From IMG/VR virus record IMGVR_UViG_3300008119_000039, positions 1-64,000 of that record: 64,000 nucleotides of DNA; one strand, 5' to 3'. The position numbers were made by a program, and so were the translations under genes. How positions within the stretch are numbered: position 1 is the stretch's first letter; each line of letters begins with the position of its first letter. The notes below the pieces were generated by a model, which was given only the letters and a program-made list of their open reading frames with translations, made no database searches and was not told the origin of the DNA. The stretch is from a virus. Below, one piece after another: positions 19,262 to 29,045 of the stretch.

Positions 19262-21133
19262 ATGAATTTTAAAACATTTTTAGAGACTGTTAATAAGTCT
19301 GACATTCCAGCGTACTTACGCAAGAATGATAAGATGACCACTAAAGATCTAGAAAAAGAACGTACACAGAATCGTTCCCATCCAGAAACTATTAAAAAGA
19401 TTAATGGTACTCAGATGGAAGAAGTTGAACAGATCGATGAAAAGTCTGAACAAGCTAAACGTAATAAGACCATGAAGAATATGATGGACGCATCTCGTGG
19501 TGCACGTTATAAAGTTCAGAACAAACTAAGTGGTGATGATGTTCGTGACTGGGACGGTAAACATCCTACTCCAAGAGCACAAAACGTAGCAATTGGTCGT
19601 GCCTTGCGTAATGAAGACGCTGAACAAGTAGACGAAGGACGTATGAAAGCCATCGCAACAAATGCTCAAGAAACAGATCGTTTAAAGAAAAAAGATGATG
19701 TTCCATTCGATGGTCCATACACTAAGACTCCAGCAACTACAACAGACAAGTCTGGTGCAGTTCATACAGCTATGAGTCGTGCAAAGCACTTGGCTAAACA
19801 AGCAATGAAGAATGTTAAAGAAGAAGCTGAGGTTTTAGACGAACTGCGTCCACTAACTTATATGTCATATCACAATAAAGCTACCGCAATAGGACGAGAT
19901 GGAAAAAAAGCATTTGACAAAAGTGGTAAAGACCGATCTACTAATATTGCAAAAGCAGATAAGCGAGTGATCGACGCTGTCCATGGAAGGGGACCTCTGC
20001 CTAAACTATACCCAACTGCTAAGAAAACTACACTAGGTAAGAAAGCACAAGCTGCTATTCGCTCTGATGCTAAGTGGAATGAAGAAGTTGAATTAGAAGA
20101 AGGTTACGATAAATCTTCAGAGCATCATAAAAATGCTCGTAAAATGGCAAAAGACTATGATGGTAAAGCAACTTTTCATCCCAATGGTCACGCTGAAGTA
20201 AGAATGCGTTCAATAGTTCATGGGTATAGCACTCTTAATCCGAAAGGAACTACTTTAATGTCTGGTGAAGATTTGGCCAATCGTGCTTGTAAGGAACATG
20301 GTAAAGGTAAAGTTCAAGGTAATGTAGTTCACTTCAAAGAAGAAAAAGACGAACAAGAGTATGGTTATGAAGGCGATATGGCTTTGAATCAGTTGGCAAC
20401 GCTAACACGTTGCGCTGAAATGATTAAAGATACACTAAAGCCAGATACTGATTTGCCAGAGTGGGTTCAGTCTAAGATTACTCTTGCCACTGATTACATT
20501 CAAACTGCAGCTGACTATTTGTATTCTGAGTCTGAAGTTAATGAGGGCTACTACGAAAAGCCAGCATCAGCATATCGCCGTAAAGGTGACGAAGTGAGAG
20601 ATCCAACTCCAGTTGCTCCAGTTCCAGCTAAGAAGTATATCAAAGGTACACCTGAGAATAAAGCAGCAAGAGCAGCAAGCAAGCCAATCAATGGTATGCC
20701 AACTAATGTAAAGTCAGAAGAACTTAAAGGCAATCAACACAAGATTGATAAAAACAAGAATGGTAAGATTGATGCCCATGACTTTAAGTTACTGCGTAAA
20801 GAAGAGCAGTCTAAAGAACAATTTGAAAACGGAGAATTGGAAACAATGTCAAAATCATACAAACAATTTGTTGAATCATTAAACGAAATTAAAATGTCAG
20901 ATTTGCCATCGCGTAAAATAAGTGGTTCAAGCTACGGTGCTCAATACCACGATTCAGAAGGCGATGATGAAGAAGAAAAACCAAAAGCTAAACCAGCAGC
21001 AGATGCTGTAAAGCGTGGTCGTGGTCGTCCAGCAGGTGCTAAATCTGGTGCACGTCAAAGTGGCTCTGCCGTTAAGTCAAAGAATGGCGCAGACTACACT
21101 GGTTATAAATTACACTTACCAAATAAGAACTAA
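19262..21133 (+). CDS. Modular basic polyprotein, probable capsid-internal protein
   Basis: MNFKTFLE N-terminus; about 9 modules separated by acidic linkers; EF-hand-like DKNKNGKID and AT-hook KRGRGRP. Confidence 0.75.
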   Translation: MNFKTFLETVNKSDIPAYLRKNDKMTTKDLEKERTQNRSHPETIKKINGTQMEEVEQIDEKSEQAKRNKTMKNMMDASRGARYKVQNKLSGDDVRDWDGKHPTPRAQNVAIGRALRNEDAEQVDEGRMKAIATNAQETDRLKKKDDVPFDGPYTKTPATTTDKSGAVHTAMSRAKHLAKQAMKNVKEEAEVLDELRPLTYMSYHNKATAIGRDGKKAFDKSGKDRSTNIAKADKRVIDAVHGRGPLPKLYPTAKKTTLGKKAQAAIRSDAKWNEEVELEEGYDKSSEHHKNARKMAKDYDGKATFHPNGHAEVRMRSIVHGYSTLNPKGTTLMSGEDLANRACKEHGKGKVQGNVVHFKEEKDEQEYGYEGDMALNQLATLTRCAEMIKDTLKPDTDLPEWVQSKITLATDYIQTAADYLYSESEVNEGYYEKPASAYRRKGDEVRDPTPVAPVPAKKYIKGTPENKAARAASKPINGMPTNVKSEELKGNQHKIDKNKNGKIDAHDFKLLRKEEQSKEQFENGELETMSKSYKQFVESLNEIKMSDLPSRKISGSSYGAQYHDSEGDDEEEKPKAKPAADAVKRGRGRPAGAKSGARQSGSAVKSKNGADYTGYKLHLPNKN

Positions 21134-21148
21134 CTAAGGGGAATTAAA

Positions 21149-21418
21149 ATGGCACTATGGTCAAATACAGACGCAGAAGGCAGCAAACCAAAATATCTAA
21201 ACACTGCTGGTAAAGCAGCTGTTGAAGGTATCTCTGCAGCAGAAGCAGCAATTGCAGCAAACAAAGCAAAGGGTGTTGCTCATGCTGGTTGGGTTACTAC
21301 TCGTACTTATACTGATGCACAAGGTCGTACTCGCAACAAGACTGAAGTTCTAGTTGCTATGGGTTCAATGACTGGCGATGATAATACTGATGATACTACT
21401 ATTGGTATTGATGCCTAA
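21149..21418 (+). CDS. Hypothetical (possibly virion) protein
   Basis: AGGGG RBS; MALW...HAGWV...KTEVLVAM pattern. Confidence 0.65.
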   Translation: MALWSNTDAEGSKPKYLNTAGKAAVEGISAAEAAIAANKAKGVAHAGWVTTRTYTDAQGRTRNKTEVLVAMGSMTGDDNTDDTTIGIDA

Positions 21419-21457
21419 ATAGTAGTAATGAGGGGAGATTGGCTCCCCTCTCGTTTT
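21414..21457 (+). terminator. Late promoter motif followed by GC-rich hairpin (terminator or 5' stabiliser)
   Basis: CCTAAATA 21414-21421; GAGGGGAG-attgg-CTCCCCTC 21430-21450 followed by TCGTTTT. Confidence 0.55.
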
Positions 21458-21465
21458 ACGATTGA

Positions 21466-21849
21466 TTGGAAATGAGAGAACCTTTGAGTGAAAATAACTT
21501 TCTTCTACATGCTATGCATCACTATGATAATCCGCAGTGTTCTAACATAGAAGAGTTTGAAGATGATTTAAAGAAGTTTGTTTATCTTAAGAAACTAATA
21601 TATCGTTATAAGAATGTTGGTGAGTTAAGAGAAAGATTAATCTTAAATCATATAATTGTTCTCTACAATATTTTTGGCGATGAAACAACTCGTATGTTGT
21701 TTCATAAGATTGAAGAGCCATTGTGGCCACAGTTAGTCACGTTTTTGGTTTATCTTAATCGTATGCCTGAAAGCGTACCTGAGTATGGAATTACCTTGGC
21801 AGATATTAAACTAGACGAAACTATTATTGCTGTATTAAGGAAGATATGA
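21466..21849 (+). CDS. Conserved T4-like hypothetical protein
   Basis: YDNPQC..EEFEDDL..LILNHIIVLYNIFG. Confidence 0.75.
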   Translation: MEMREPLSENNFLLHAMHHYDNPQCSNIEEFEDDLKKFVYLKKLIYRYKNVGELRERLILNHIIVLYNIFGDETTRMLFHKIEEPLWPQLVTFLVYLNRMPESVPEYGITLADIKLDETIIAVLRKI

Positions 21850-22379
21850 GTAGGTTAGTAGACAATCTTATTGCATACCGAATTCTGTCAATGCTTATCA
21901 AACCATTTTCAGAAACAAGTGCATACCAATTGGGTATTATCGATGATAAAGGTAAGAACCTAAAGAAGAGCAGCACACTCACAACTACCAAAGAAAAAGA
22001 CGCATACACATATTTACATCGTTTGGTGTTTAATATGAAAAAGATTATCAATCGTCTTCCAGGTGGTGAGTCAAAGCTAAAGAATTTAGTTAGTGCGTTC
22101 TTTCTAGTAAAAGAATACTACGAAACAAACGATCGTTCATTATCACTTATGGAAGAACGATATAATACACTACTGGAAAAAGTAAGTAAATATAATTTAA
22201 CTCTAGTTGAAGAAGAAATGCTTATTGTTGAATTTCTTGAGCGTGGTATTATATTAGAAGATGGTGTGGCAAATGTTACTGGTGCTGCTGTTTCAACAGA
22301 TACTCCTGCTCCATTGAAGAAAGATATTAAAAAGTATAAACAGATCGCTAGAAGAAAAATTCCAGTAGAGGTTGCATAA
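21846..22379 (+). CDS. Conserved T4-like hypothetical protein
   Basis: AYQLGIIDDKGK..AYTYLHRLVFNMKK; translationally coupled. Confidence 0.7.
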   Translation: MSRLVDNLIAYRILSMLIKPFSETSAYQLGIIDDKGKNLKKSSTLTTTKEKDAYTYLHRLVFNMKKIINRLPGGESKLKNLVSAFFLVKEYYETNDRSLSLMEERYNTLLEKVSKYNLTLVEEEMLIVEFLERGIILEDGVANVTGAAVSTDTPAPLKKDIKKYKQIARRKIPVEVA

Positions 22380-22822
22380 TGTGGATGTTGAGTTTTATTC
22401 CAGACGCAATACTACTCTGGACAATTCATATTATATTGATAGCTGGTGTAATTGGTGTTGCTGCATCATACACAGTATTTAAATTTCCATTTATAAATCG
22501 TTATCGTTTACCAATTCAAATAATTTCATTTCTGTTGGTAGTTGTTGGTATCTTCTTTGAAGGTAGTTATGCAACAGAGAAAAGCTGGCGTGATCGTGTA
22601 GCGGAATTACAAGAAAAAGTAGCAAAAGCAGAAGCCCAGTCTAAAGTAGCAAATGAAAATATAAAAACTGTCTACGTAGACAAAGTAAGAATTGTTAAAG
22701 AACAACAAGTAGTTGTTCAAGAAAAGATTAAAACTGTTGAATTAAAGATTGATTCACAGTGTAAAATAACTGCGGATACCGTTGATATTTTAAACGAAGC
22801 AGCAAAGGGTAGTAAGAAATGA
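22379..22822 (+). CDS. Inner-membrane spanin (Rz-like)
   Basis: N-terminal TM helices, coiled coil, C-terminal Cys; followed by a lipoprotein gene. Confidence 0.65.
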   Translation: MWMLSFIPDAILLWTIHIILIAGVIGVAASYTVFKFPFINRYRLPIQIISFLLVVVGIFFEGSYATEKSWRDRVAELQEKVAKAEAQSKVANENIKTVYVDKVRIVKEQQVVVQEKIKTVELKIDSQCKITADTVDILNEAAKGSKK

Positions 22823-23079
22823 AACTCTTGTTACTTATTCCTGCAGTTCTTTTAACTGGATGTTTGGTCACTCCAGTTAAACAAAACTTTCCTGAAGTAC
22901 CACCTGAAATTATGATAGCATGTCCTGACCTAAAAACTGTGGAGCCAACTGAAAAACTATCTGAAGTTTTGAAAGTTGTTGTCGATAACTATGGGCAATA
23001 TCACGAGTGTCGTGCCAAAGTAGATGCATGGCTAGAGTGGTATAAAACCCAGAAACAAATTTTTAAGACTGTAAACTAA
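22819..23079 (+). CDS. Outer-membrane spanin lipoprotein (Rz1-like)
   Basis: Lipobox LTGC, Pro-rich PEVPPE..CP, NY..Y.EC. Confidence 0.7.
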   Translation: MKLLLLIPAVLLTGCLVTPVKQNFPEVPPEIMIACPDLKTVEPTEKLSEVLKVVVDNYGQYHECRAKVDAWLEWYKTQKQIFKTVN

Positions 23080-23080
23080 G

Positions 23081-23437
23081 ATGGAACTACCAGAAAGACT
23101 CGCTAAATTGGAAGCACAAGTAGAAACAATAAAAGAGGATGTCAAAGAATTGAAGCACGATATCAAAGAAGTGCATTCTCGTTTGACTACTTCAAACAGA
23201 GAAATCGTGGACAAGATTGACGATATGCAAACACGTATTGAACACAAGATGCAAGCTAATGCAAAGATCAATCAAGATCAACACGAAGTCATTCGTAAAG
23301 ATGTCGTTGAAGATCTAGAAAGAATGAATACCCGTGTTTCTGCATTGGAACAGTGGAAGTGGTATGTAATCGGTGGTGCTGCTGTTGCAGGGTTTGTTCT
23401 TGGACACATCAACGAGATCGCAAACTACATAAAATAA
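23081..23437 (+). CDS. Coiled-coil protein with C-terminal TM (holin/XhlA-like candidate)
   Basis: ERLAKLE coiled coil, WKWYVIGGAAVAGFVL TM; next to the spanins. Confidence 0.5.
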   Translation: MELPERLAKLEAQVETIKEDVKELKHDIKEVHSRLTTSNREIVDKIDDMQTRIEHKMQANAKINQDQHEVIRKDVVEDLERMNTRVSALEQWKWYVIGGAAVAGFVLGHINEIANYIK

Positions 23438-23489
23438 ATTTTCTTTTTATTATGAATCAGAGTAAAATTGTTACTCTTGTGGGGTTATT

Positions 23490-24512
23490 ATGCTATACAT
23501 TGACAACAAATTTGCAAGTATTCTTGGATCACGTCTAAGAAACTTTAAACAAAAAAACGATTATCTGTGGAACTATTCTTGCCCAGTATGCGGGGATAGT
23601 TCTAAGAATAAATTAAAGGCACGTGGATACATCTACCGTAAAGGTTCTGATTTATTCGTTCGGTGTCATAACTGCAACTACGGTTCAAATCTTGGTAGCT
23701 TAATCAAGTATGTAGATGCTAAACTTTATGATGAGTACGTTCTTGAACGCTACAAAGGTGGTGCTAGTAAACACAACGCACACAAAGATGTGGCAGCAAT
23801 CCTCCCAGAAGAAACCCCAGAAGTATTTCTAGAAGATGCTATTCTAGAGAGTTTGGCTCGCCTAGATACGTTAGACATCACACACCCTGCTGTAAAATAT
23901 TTAATTAAAAGAAAGATTCCAAAACAATATTGGAATCTACTTTATTTTGCACCTAAGTTTAAAAAGTTTACCAACTCAGTAACACCTAAGTTTCAGGAAC
24001 CAATTGAAGGTGATCATCCAAGAATGATCATTCCGTTTTTTAACCCAGCAGGTAAATGTTTTGCTTATCAAGGTAGAGCGTATGGCGATGAGCAACCCAA
24101 GTACTATACAATTAAAGTTGATGAAACACAGGAGAAAATATATGGACTCGATCGCTTGGATTATAGCAAACGCATATACGTTGTTGAAGGACCAATTGAT
24201 TCGTTATTCTTACCGAATTCAATTGCTGTTTCAGGAGCAAGTTTTGATACCCCTACTATTCGGCAGTTACTTACTAATGCAACGATTGTAATGGACAATG
24301 AACCCCGCAATAAAGATATAGCAAGACAACTTGAAAAATATATCGATTTGGGGTATAATGTAGTTATGTATCCTGATTCAGTTCAGGAAAAAGATATTAA
24401 CGATATGGTTTTATCGGGTAGATCGCCTGATGAAATTCTAGAACTCATAAATACCAATACCTTCACTGGTATGGAAGCGAAATTAAAATATGCGAATTGG
24501 AGAAAGAATTGA
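23490..24512 (+). CDS. 61: DNA primase (gp61)
   Basis: CPVCGDS...CHNC zinc finger; VEGPIDS and DNEPRN..KDIND TOPRIM motifs. Confidence 0.95.
   Translation: MLYIDNKFASILGSRLRNFKQKNDYLWNYSCPVCGDSSKNKLKARGYIYRKGSDLFVRCHNCNYGSNLGSLIKYVDAKLYDEYVLERYKGGASKHNAHKDVAAILPEETPEVFLEDAILESLARLDTLDITHPAVKYLIKRKIPKQYWNLLYFAPKFKKFTNSVTPKFQEPIEGDHPRMIIPFFNPAGKCFAYQGRAYGDEQPKYYTIKVDETQEKIYGLDRLDYSKRIYVVEGPIDSLFLPNSIAVSGASFDTPTIRQLLTNATIVMDNEPRNKDIARQLEKYIDLGYNVVMYPDSVQEKDINDMVLSGRSPDEILELINTNTFTGMEAKLKYANWRKN
24331..24359 (+). promoter_or_regulatory. Internal sigma70-type promoter upstream of thyX
   Basis: TTGAAA-17 bp-TATAAT. Confidence 0.5.
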
Positions 24513-25189
24513 AAGTCAATTTAATTAGTTATAGTAAGCCCTCCATTACCATGTATGAAGAAGGTCTCAAAGATGCTCAAGAACTCATAGCTTATTGCGC
24601 ACGAGTTTCTAATCCAAGCAATCAATTTAATGTTGAAACAGCTGACAAGCTAATTCGTTATCTAATTAAACACAAACACTGGTCACCACTAGAAATGGTT
24701 AGTGCTTGTCTCGAAATTGAAACAACTCGAGATATTGCTCGCCAAATTTTACGCCATCGCTCTTTTAGTTTTCAAGAATTCAGCCAACGCTACGCAGATC
24801 CAACTAAGGACTTATCATTTGTCTTAAGAGAAGCAAGACTCCAAGACGAAAAGAATCGTCAAAATAGTGTAGAGTTACCAGCCACAATTGCTGGGCAGAA
24901 TATTGCTGAAGAGTGGTATGCTAGACAAAGAGAAATTCTAGCATTAGTGACAAAAACGTATGACTGGGCAATCTCACAAGGTATTGCTAAAGAACAAGCA
25001 AGAGCAATTCTACCAGAAGGAAATACAGTTAGTCGTTTATACATGAACGGTACACTGCGTAGTTGGATACACTACATCGAGTTGCGCAGTGGTAATGGTA
25101 CACAAAAAGAACATGTGGAAGTAGCAAGGGAATGTGCTAAAGTTATTGCTGAAGCATTTCCAATGTCTACGGATTTTATTAATCAATAA
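24509..25189 (+). CDS. thyX: Flavin-dependent thymidylate synthase
   Basis: RHRSFSFQEFSQRY ThyX motif, HWSPLE, EQARAILP; probable TTG start. Confidence 0.95.
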   Translation: MKVNLISYSKPSITMYEEGLKDAQELIAYCARVSNPSNQFNVETADKLIRYLIKHKHWSPLEMVSACLEIETTRDIARQILRHRSFSFQEFSQRYADPTKDLSFVLREARLQDEKNRQNSVELPATIAGQNIAEEWYARQREILALVTKTYDWAISQGIAKEQARAILPEGNTVSRLYMNGTLRSWIHYIELRSGNGTQKEHVEVARECAKVIAEAFPMSTDFINQ

Positions 25190-25208
25190 GAAATATAACA
25201 GGAAGTTT

Positions 25209-27008
25209 ATGGAAAATATTGTGCATGGCATAAAGGTTGATTATTCTCGTGATGCGTTGTTTGACGAACTAGGAAGAATAAGATTAAAAGAAAGTTACAT
25301 GAAAGATGACGAAACATCTCCTCAAGAAAGATTTGCTTTTGTTAGTAGTAAGTTTGGTAGTGATCCTGCCCATGCTCAAAGGTTGTATGACTACTCCAGT
25401 AGACACTGGTTGTCTTATTCTACCCCAATCCTCAGTTTCGGGAGGAGTAAACGTGGTTTGCCGATCTCATGTTTTTTAAATTATATTGAAGATACAGCGG
25501 AGGGTTTAGTTGATAATCTTAGTGAAACTAATTGGCTTAGTATGCTTGGTGGTGGCGTTGGTATCGGTTTTGGTATACGTTCGGCAGACGATAAGAGCAC
25601 TGGCGTTATGCCGCACCTCAAGATGTACGATGCATCAAGTTTGGCTTATCGCCAAGGTCGTACTCGTCGTGGATCTTATGCTGCTTACCTTGATATTAGT
25701 CATCCAGATATTATAAATTTCTTGGAGATGCGTAAACCAACAGGTGACCAGAATATGCGTTGCTTGAACTTGCACCATGGTATTAACATTCCAGATGCAT
25801 TTATGGAATTAGTTGAGCAATCTATGATTGACCCAAATTTCGATGACTCTTGGAATCTAGTTGACCCAGCATCAAACGAAATTCGTGAAACTGTTTCAGC
25901 CAAAGAAATGTGGCAACGTATTCTAGAAATGCGTATGATGACAGGTGAACCATACATACACTTTATTGATGAATCAAATCGTAAACTTCCACAGTGGTTA
26001 AAGGATAAAGGTTTAAAGGTTCATCAATCAAATCTATGTTCAGAGATTATTCTACCAACAGATGAAAAGCGTACTGCTGTTTGTTGCTTGTCATCACTAA
26101 ACTTGGAGTATTACGATGAGTGGAAAACAGATCCTCTTTTCCTTGCTGATATTGCAGAAATGCTTGACAATGTTCTTCAGTATTTTATTGATAATGCACC
26201 TTCCACCATCAAAAGAGCTAAATATTCCGCCATGCGTGAGCGAAGTATCGGCATCGGTGCGTTGGGTTGGCATGCCTACTTGCAGAAAAACAAGTTACCT
26301 TGGGAATCACCAATGGCAATTGGTCGCAACAAACAAATCTTTACACACATAAGAGGAAAGTTAGATGAGGCAAACAAATTATTGGGATCTAAGCGTGGTG
26401 AAGCGTTGGACGCAGTGGGTACTGGGAATCGCTTTAGTCATCTTATGGCTATTGCTCCCAATGCTTCTTCTTCCATTCTCATGGGCAATACTAGTCCTAG
26501 TATTGAACCTTACCGTGCCAATGCTTATCGCCAAGACACTCTATCGGGTTCTCACCTAAATAAAAATCGCTTCTTAGATATTATTATTCAAGAAGAATCC
26601 CAGAAAAATAAAGAAGGTTGGGCAGATGATGTTTGGCGTAGCATTATTGCCAATGATGGTTCTGTTCAGCATCTCGATTGGATGGATCAGTGGACTAAAG
26701 ATGTTTATAAAACATCAATGGAGATTGATCAGCGTTGGGTAGTTCAGCATGCTGCAGATCGTCAAGAGTTTATTGACCAAGCCCAATCACTAAACGTATT
26801 CTTCAGACCAGACTCACACATTAAATACATTCATGCTGTTCACTTTATGGCTTGGAAATTAAAGCTAAAGACGATGTACTACTGCCGTTCTGATAAGATC
26901 GCAAAAGCGGATAAAGTTAGTAAGCGTATTGAACGTGAGGTTATCAAAGAAATCAATCTCCATGCACTAACTGGTGACGCAGATACTTGCTTAGCCTGCG
27001 AAGGATAA
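25209..27008 (+). CDS. nrdA: Class I ribonucleotide reductase alpha subunit (short, no ATP cone)
   Basis: ISCF, SNLCSEI, VCCLSS, APNASSS, YYCR, C-terminal CLACEG. Confidence 0.95.
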   Translation: MENIVHGIKVDYSRDALFDELGRIRLKESYMKDDETSPQERFAFVSSKFGSDPAHAQRLYDYSSRHWLSYSTPILSFGRSKRGLPISCFLNYIEDTAEGLVDNLSETNWLSMLGGGVGIGFGIRSADDKSTGVMPHLKMYDASSLAYRQGRTRRGSYAAYLDISHPDIINFLEMRKPTGDQNMRCLNLHHGINIPDAFMELVEQSMIDPNFDDSWNLVDPASNEIRETVSAKEMWQRILEMRMMTGEPYIHFIDESNRKLPQWLKDKGLKVHQSNLCSEIILPTDEKRTAVCCLSSLNLEYYDEWKTDPLFLADIAEMLDNVLQYFIDNAPSTIKRAKYSAMRERSIGIGALGWHAYLQKNKLPWESPMAIGRNKQIFTHIRGKLDEANKLLGSKRGEALDAVGTGNRFSHLMAIAPNASSSILMGNTSPSIEPYRANAYRQDTLSGSHLNKNRFLDIIIQEESQKNKEGWADDVWRSIIANDGSVQHLDWMDQWTKDVYKTSMEIDQRWVVQHAADRQEFIDQAQSLNVFFRPDSHIKYIHAVHFMAWKLKLKTMYYCRSDKIAKADKVSKRIEREVIKEINLHALTGDADTCLACEG

Positions 27009-27010
27009 AA

Positions 27011-27199
27011 ATGGATGCCTATGACATTGCGGATAAAATTAAAAAGTATTGGTGTGCAGTAGTTCCAAAGAACTCTGGTGAAATTACTAAAACAAATAAA
27101 AAAATCAGAGTAGTTGTTAATACTGACGAAGGTTATCGTGAAGTTGTAGGTGTTTATATCAAAGATGATATGATAGAACTAACATTGGACAAGGAATAA
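27011..27199 (+). CDS. Small hypothetical protein between nrdA and nrdB
   Basis: AAGGA RBS, 62 aa. Confidence 0.6.
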   Translation: MDAYDIADKIKKYWCAVVPKNSGEITKTNKKIRVVVNTDEGYREVVGVYIKDDMIELTLDKE

Positions 27200-27200
27200 G

Positions 27201-28190
27201 ATGGTAAAGACTAAAACAAAAATGACAGATGAACGTAGCTACTTTAAGCCGTTCAACTATCCATGGGCATACGAAGCATGGTTAAAGCACGAACAAGCAC
27301 ATTGGTTGCACACAGAAGTACCAATGATGGAAGACGTTAAGCAATGGAAGAAAAGTTTAACACCACACGAGAAAACATTCTTGACAAACATCTTTCGTTT
27401 CTTTACGCAAGGTGACATTGACGTAGCTGGTGGATATGTAAAGAACTACTTACCATACTTCCCACAACCAGAAGTACGTATGATGCTAATGGGTTTTGCT
27501 GCACGTGAAGCACTACACATTGCTGCGTATTCACATCTAATTGAAACACTTGGTTTACCTGAGATTACATATTCTCAGTTTATGGAATACCAAGAGATGA
27601 AAGACAAGCACGATTACGTTCTTGATATTTCTTCTAAGAATGGCACTATTGAATCAACTGCTACTCACATTGCGGTATTCTCTGCCTTTACTGAAGGTAT
27701 GCAATTATTCTCTTCATTCATTATGTTGTTGAACTTCCCACGTCATGGATTGATGAAGGGGATGGGACAGATTGTTACTTGGAGTATTGTTGATGAAACA
27801 ATGCACGCTGAGAATATGATGAAGTTGTTTAAAGAATACATCAAAGAAAATCCAGAGATCTGGGGTGATGATCTAAAAGGTAAGATTTATACAATCGCTG
27901 AAAAGATGGTTCAGTTGGAAGATAAGTTTATTGATCTGGCATTTGCTGAAGGCGAGATGCGTGATCTTAAGCCAGAAGATGTTAAGACTTATATTCGTTA
28001 TATCGCAGATCGTCGTTTAATTGGTCTTGGTATGAAAGGTATCTTTAAAGTTAAAAAGAATCCACTACCATGGGTTGAAGAAATGATCAATGCACCTGTT
28101 CACGGTAACTTCTTTGAGAATCGTGTAACAGATTACGCTAAAGGTGCATTGTCTGGTTCTTGGGATGACGTTTGGGGAGCAGCTGCTTAA
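27201..28190 (+). CDS. nrdB: Ribonucleotide reductase beta subunit
   Basis: FFTQGD, EALHIAAY, TEG, DETMH, NFFENRVTDY. Confidence 0.95.
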   Translation: MVKTKTKMTDERSYFKPFNYPWAYEAWLKHEQAHWLHTEVPMMEDVKQWKKSLTPHEKTFLTNIFRFFTQGDIDVAGGYVKNYLPYFPQPEVRMMLMGFAAREALHIAAYSHLIETLGLPEITYSQFMEYQEMKDKHDYVLDISSKNGTIESTATHIAVFSAFTEGMQLFSSFIMLLNFPRHGLMKGMGQIVTWSIVDETMHAENMMKLFKEYIKENPEIWGDDLKGKIYTIAEKMVQLEDKFIDLAFAEGEMRDLKPEDVKTYIRYIADRRLIGLGMKGIFKVKKNPLPWVEEMINAPVHGNFFENRVTDYAKGALSGSWDDVWGAAA

Positions 28191-28855
28191 TGTTAGAAAC
28201 TATATGTGACACAATGCTGGATGCTTACAAGCGTAACTGGATTACCAGTCGTGACGGTAATGTAAGCATTCGACATCACGATCGTGATCATTTTTATATT
28301 ACGCCAAGTGGTGTGCGTAAGCAGACTATGCAGCCTGATCAGTTTAAAAAGATTATAATTAAACCACCAATGTCGTGGAATGAACCAAAGACTGGATTGA
28401 TTGCAGAACGCTGGGGATGGAAAGAAGATAATTATACTGAGATCAGTGGAAATTTAAAACCTAGTGGAGAAATCCCATTACACTTTGGTTTACAAAAACA
28501 AATGGGTCAACACAGTAATGATGTTCGTGTAGTTATGCACTTTCATCCAACTTACTGTGTTGCTGCTATGCACGCTGGTATTGAACTGGGTGATATCGCA
28601 AATGATTTCCCAGAACTAAGTAGATATACTAAAGTAGCAAAGAATGTGCCTGATGTTCCACCAATCTCTCAAGAATTAGCTGATCACTGCCATCGTAACT
28701 TGGAGTTAGATGATAGCGGTAATATCGCATATGATATTGTTGGTATTAAGGGACATGGAGTAGTTTCCATTGACACTAGCCCATGGCGTGCTTATGAACA
28801 CATTGAACGTCTTGAACACATTTGCAAGATAGTACTTGCATCTAGAAAATACTAA
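28190..28855 (+). CDS. Class II aldolase/adducin-family protein
   Basis: DGNVS, ITPSG, PSGEIPLH, HFHP, GHGV. Confidence 0.85.
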   Translation: MLETICDTMLDAYKRNWITSRDGNVSIRHHDRDHFYITPSGVRKQTMQPDQFKKIIIKPPMSWNEPKTGLIAERWGWKEDNYTEISGNLKPSGEIPLHFGLQKQMGQHSNDVRVVMHFHPTYCVAAMHAGIELGDIANDFPELSRYTKVAKNVPDVPPISQELADHCHRNLELDDSGNIAYDIVGIKGHGVVSIDTSPWRAYEHIERLEHICKIVLASRKY

Positions 28856-28866
28856 AAGGTAGAAAT

Positions 28867-29016
28867 ATGACAACAAAAGTATTTGAATGTGAATCATGTG
28901 GAACTTCAGGAAAGATAGTTATCAAAGGTACTGATACTCAGTACGAAGATATTGTCTATTGCCCGATTTGTTCCGCAGACATTTACGAAGAAGAGGACTT
29001 AGACACAGAAGACTAA
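28867..29016 (+). CDS. Small zinc-ribbon protein (49 aa, not in ORF track)
   Basis: MTTKVFECESCG...YCPICS with acidic tail. Confidence 0.7.
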   Translation: MTTKVFECESCGTSGKIVIKGTDTQYEDIVYCPICSADIYEEEDLDTED

Positions 29017-29043
29017 ATAGATGTTTACATCTATGAATTAGTC
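29011..29043 (+). promoter_or_regulatory. Late promoter embedded in a long hairpin upstream of the GIY-YIG gene
   Basis: ACTAAATA 29012-29019; GACTAA-ATAGATG/CATCTAT-gaa-TTAGTC stem. Confidence 0.6.
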
Positions 29044-29045
29044 TA

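Noticed and set aside
22379-23437. Complete lysis cassette
   Set aside because: No endolysin is recognisable in the window and the holin call is weak
27011-27199. Homing endonuclease or intron between nrdA and nrdB
   Set aside because: Only 62 aa with no HNH, GIY-YIG or LAGLIDADG motif; nrdA, nrdB and the polymerase look uninterrupted
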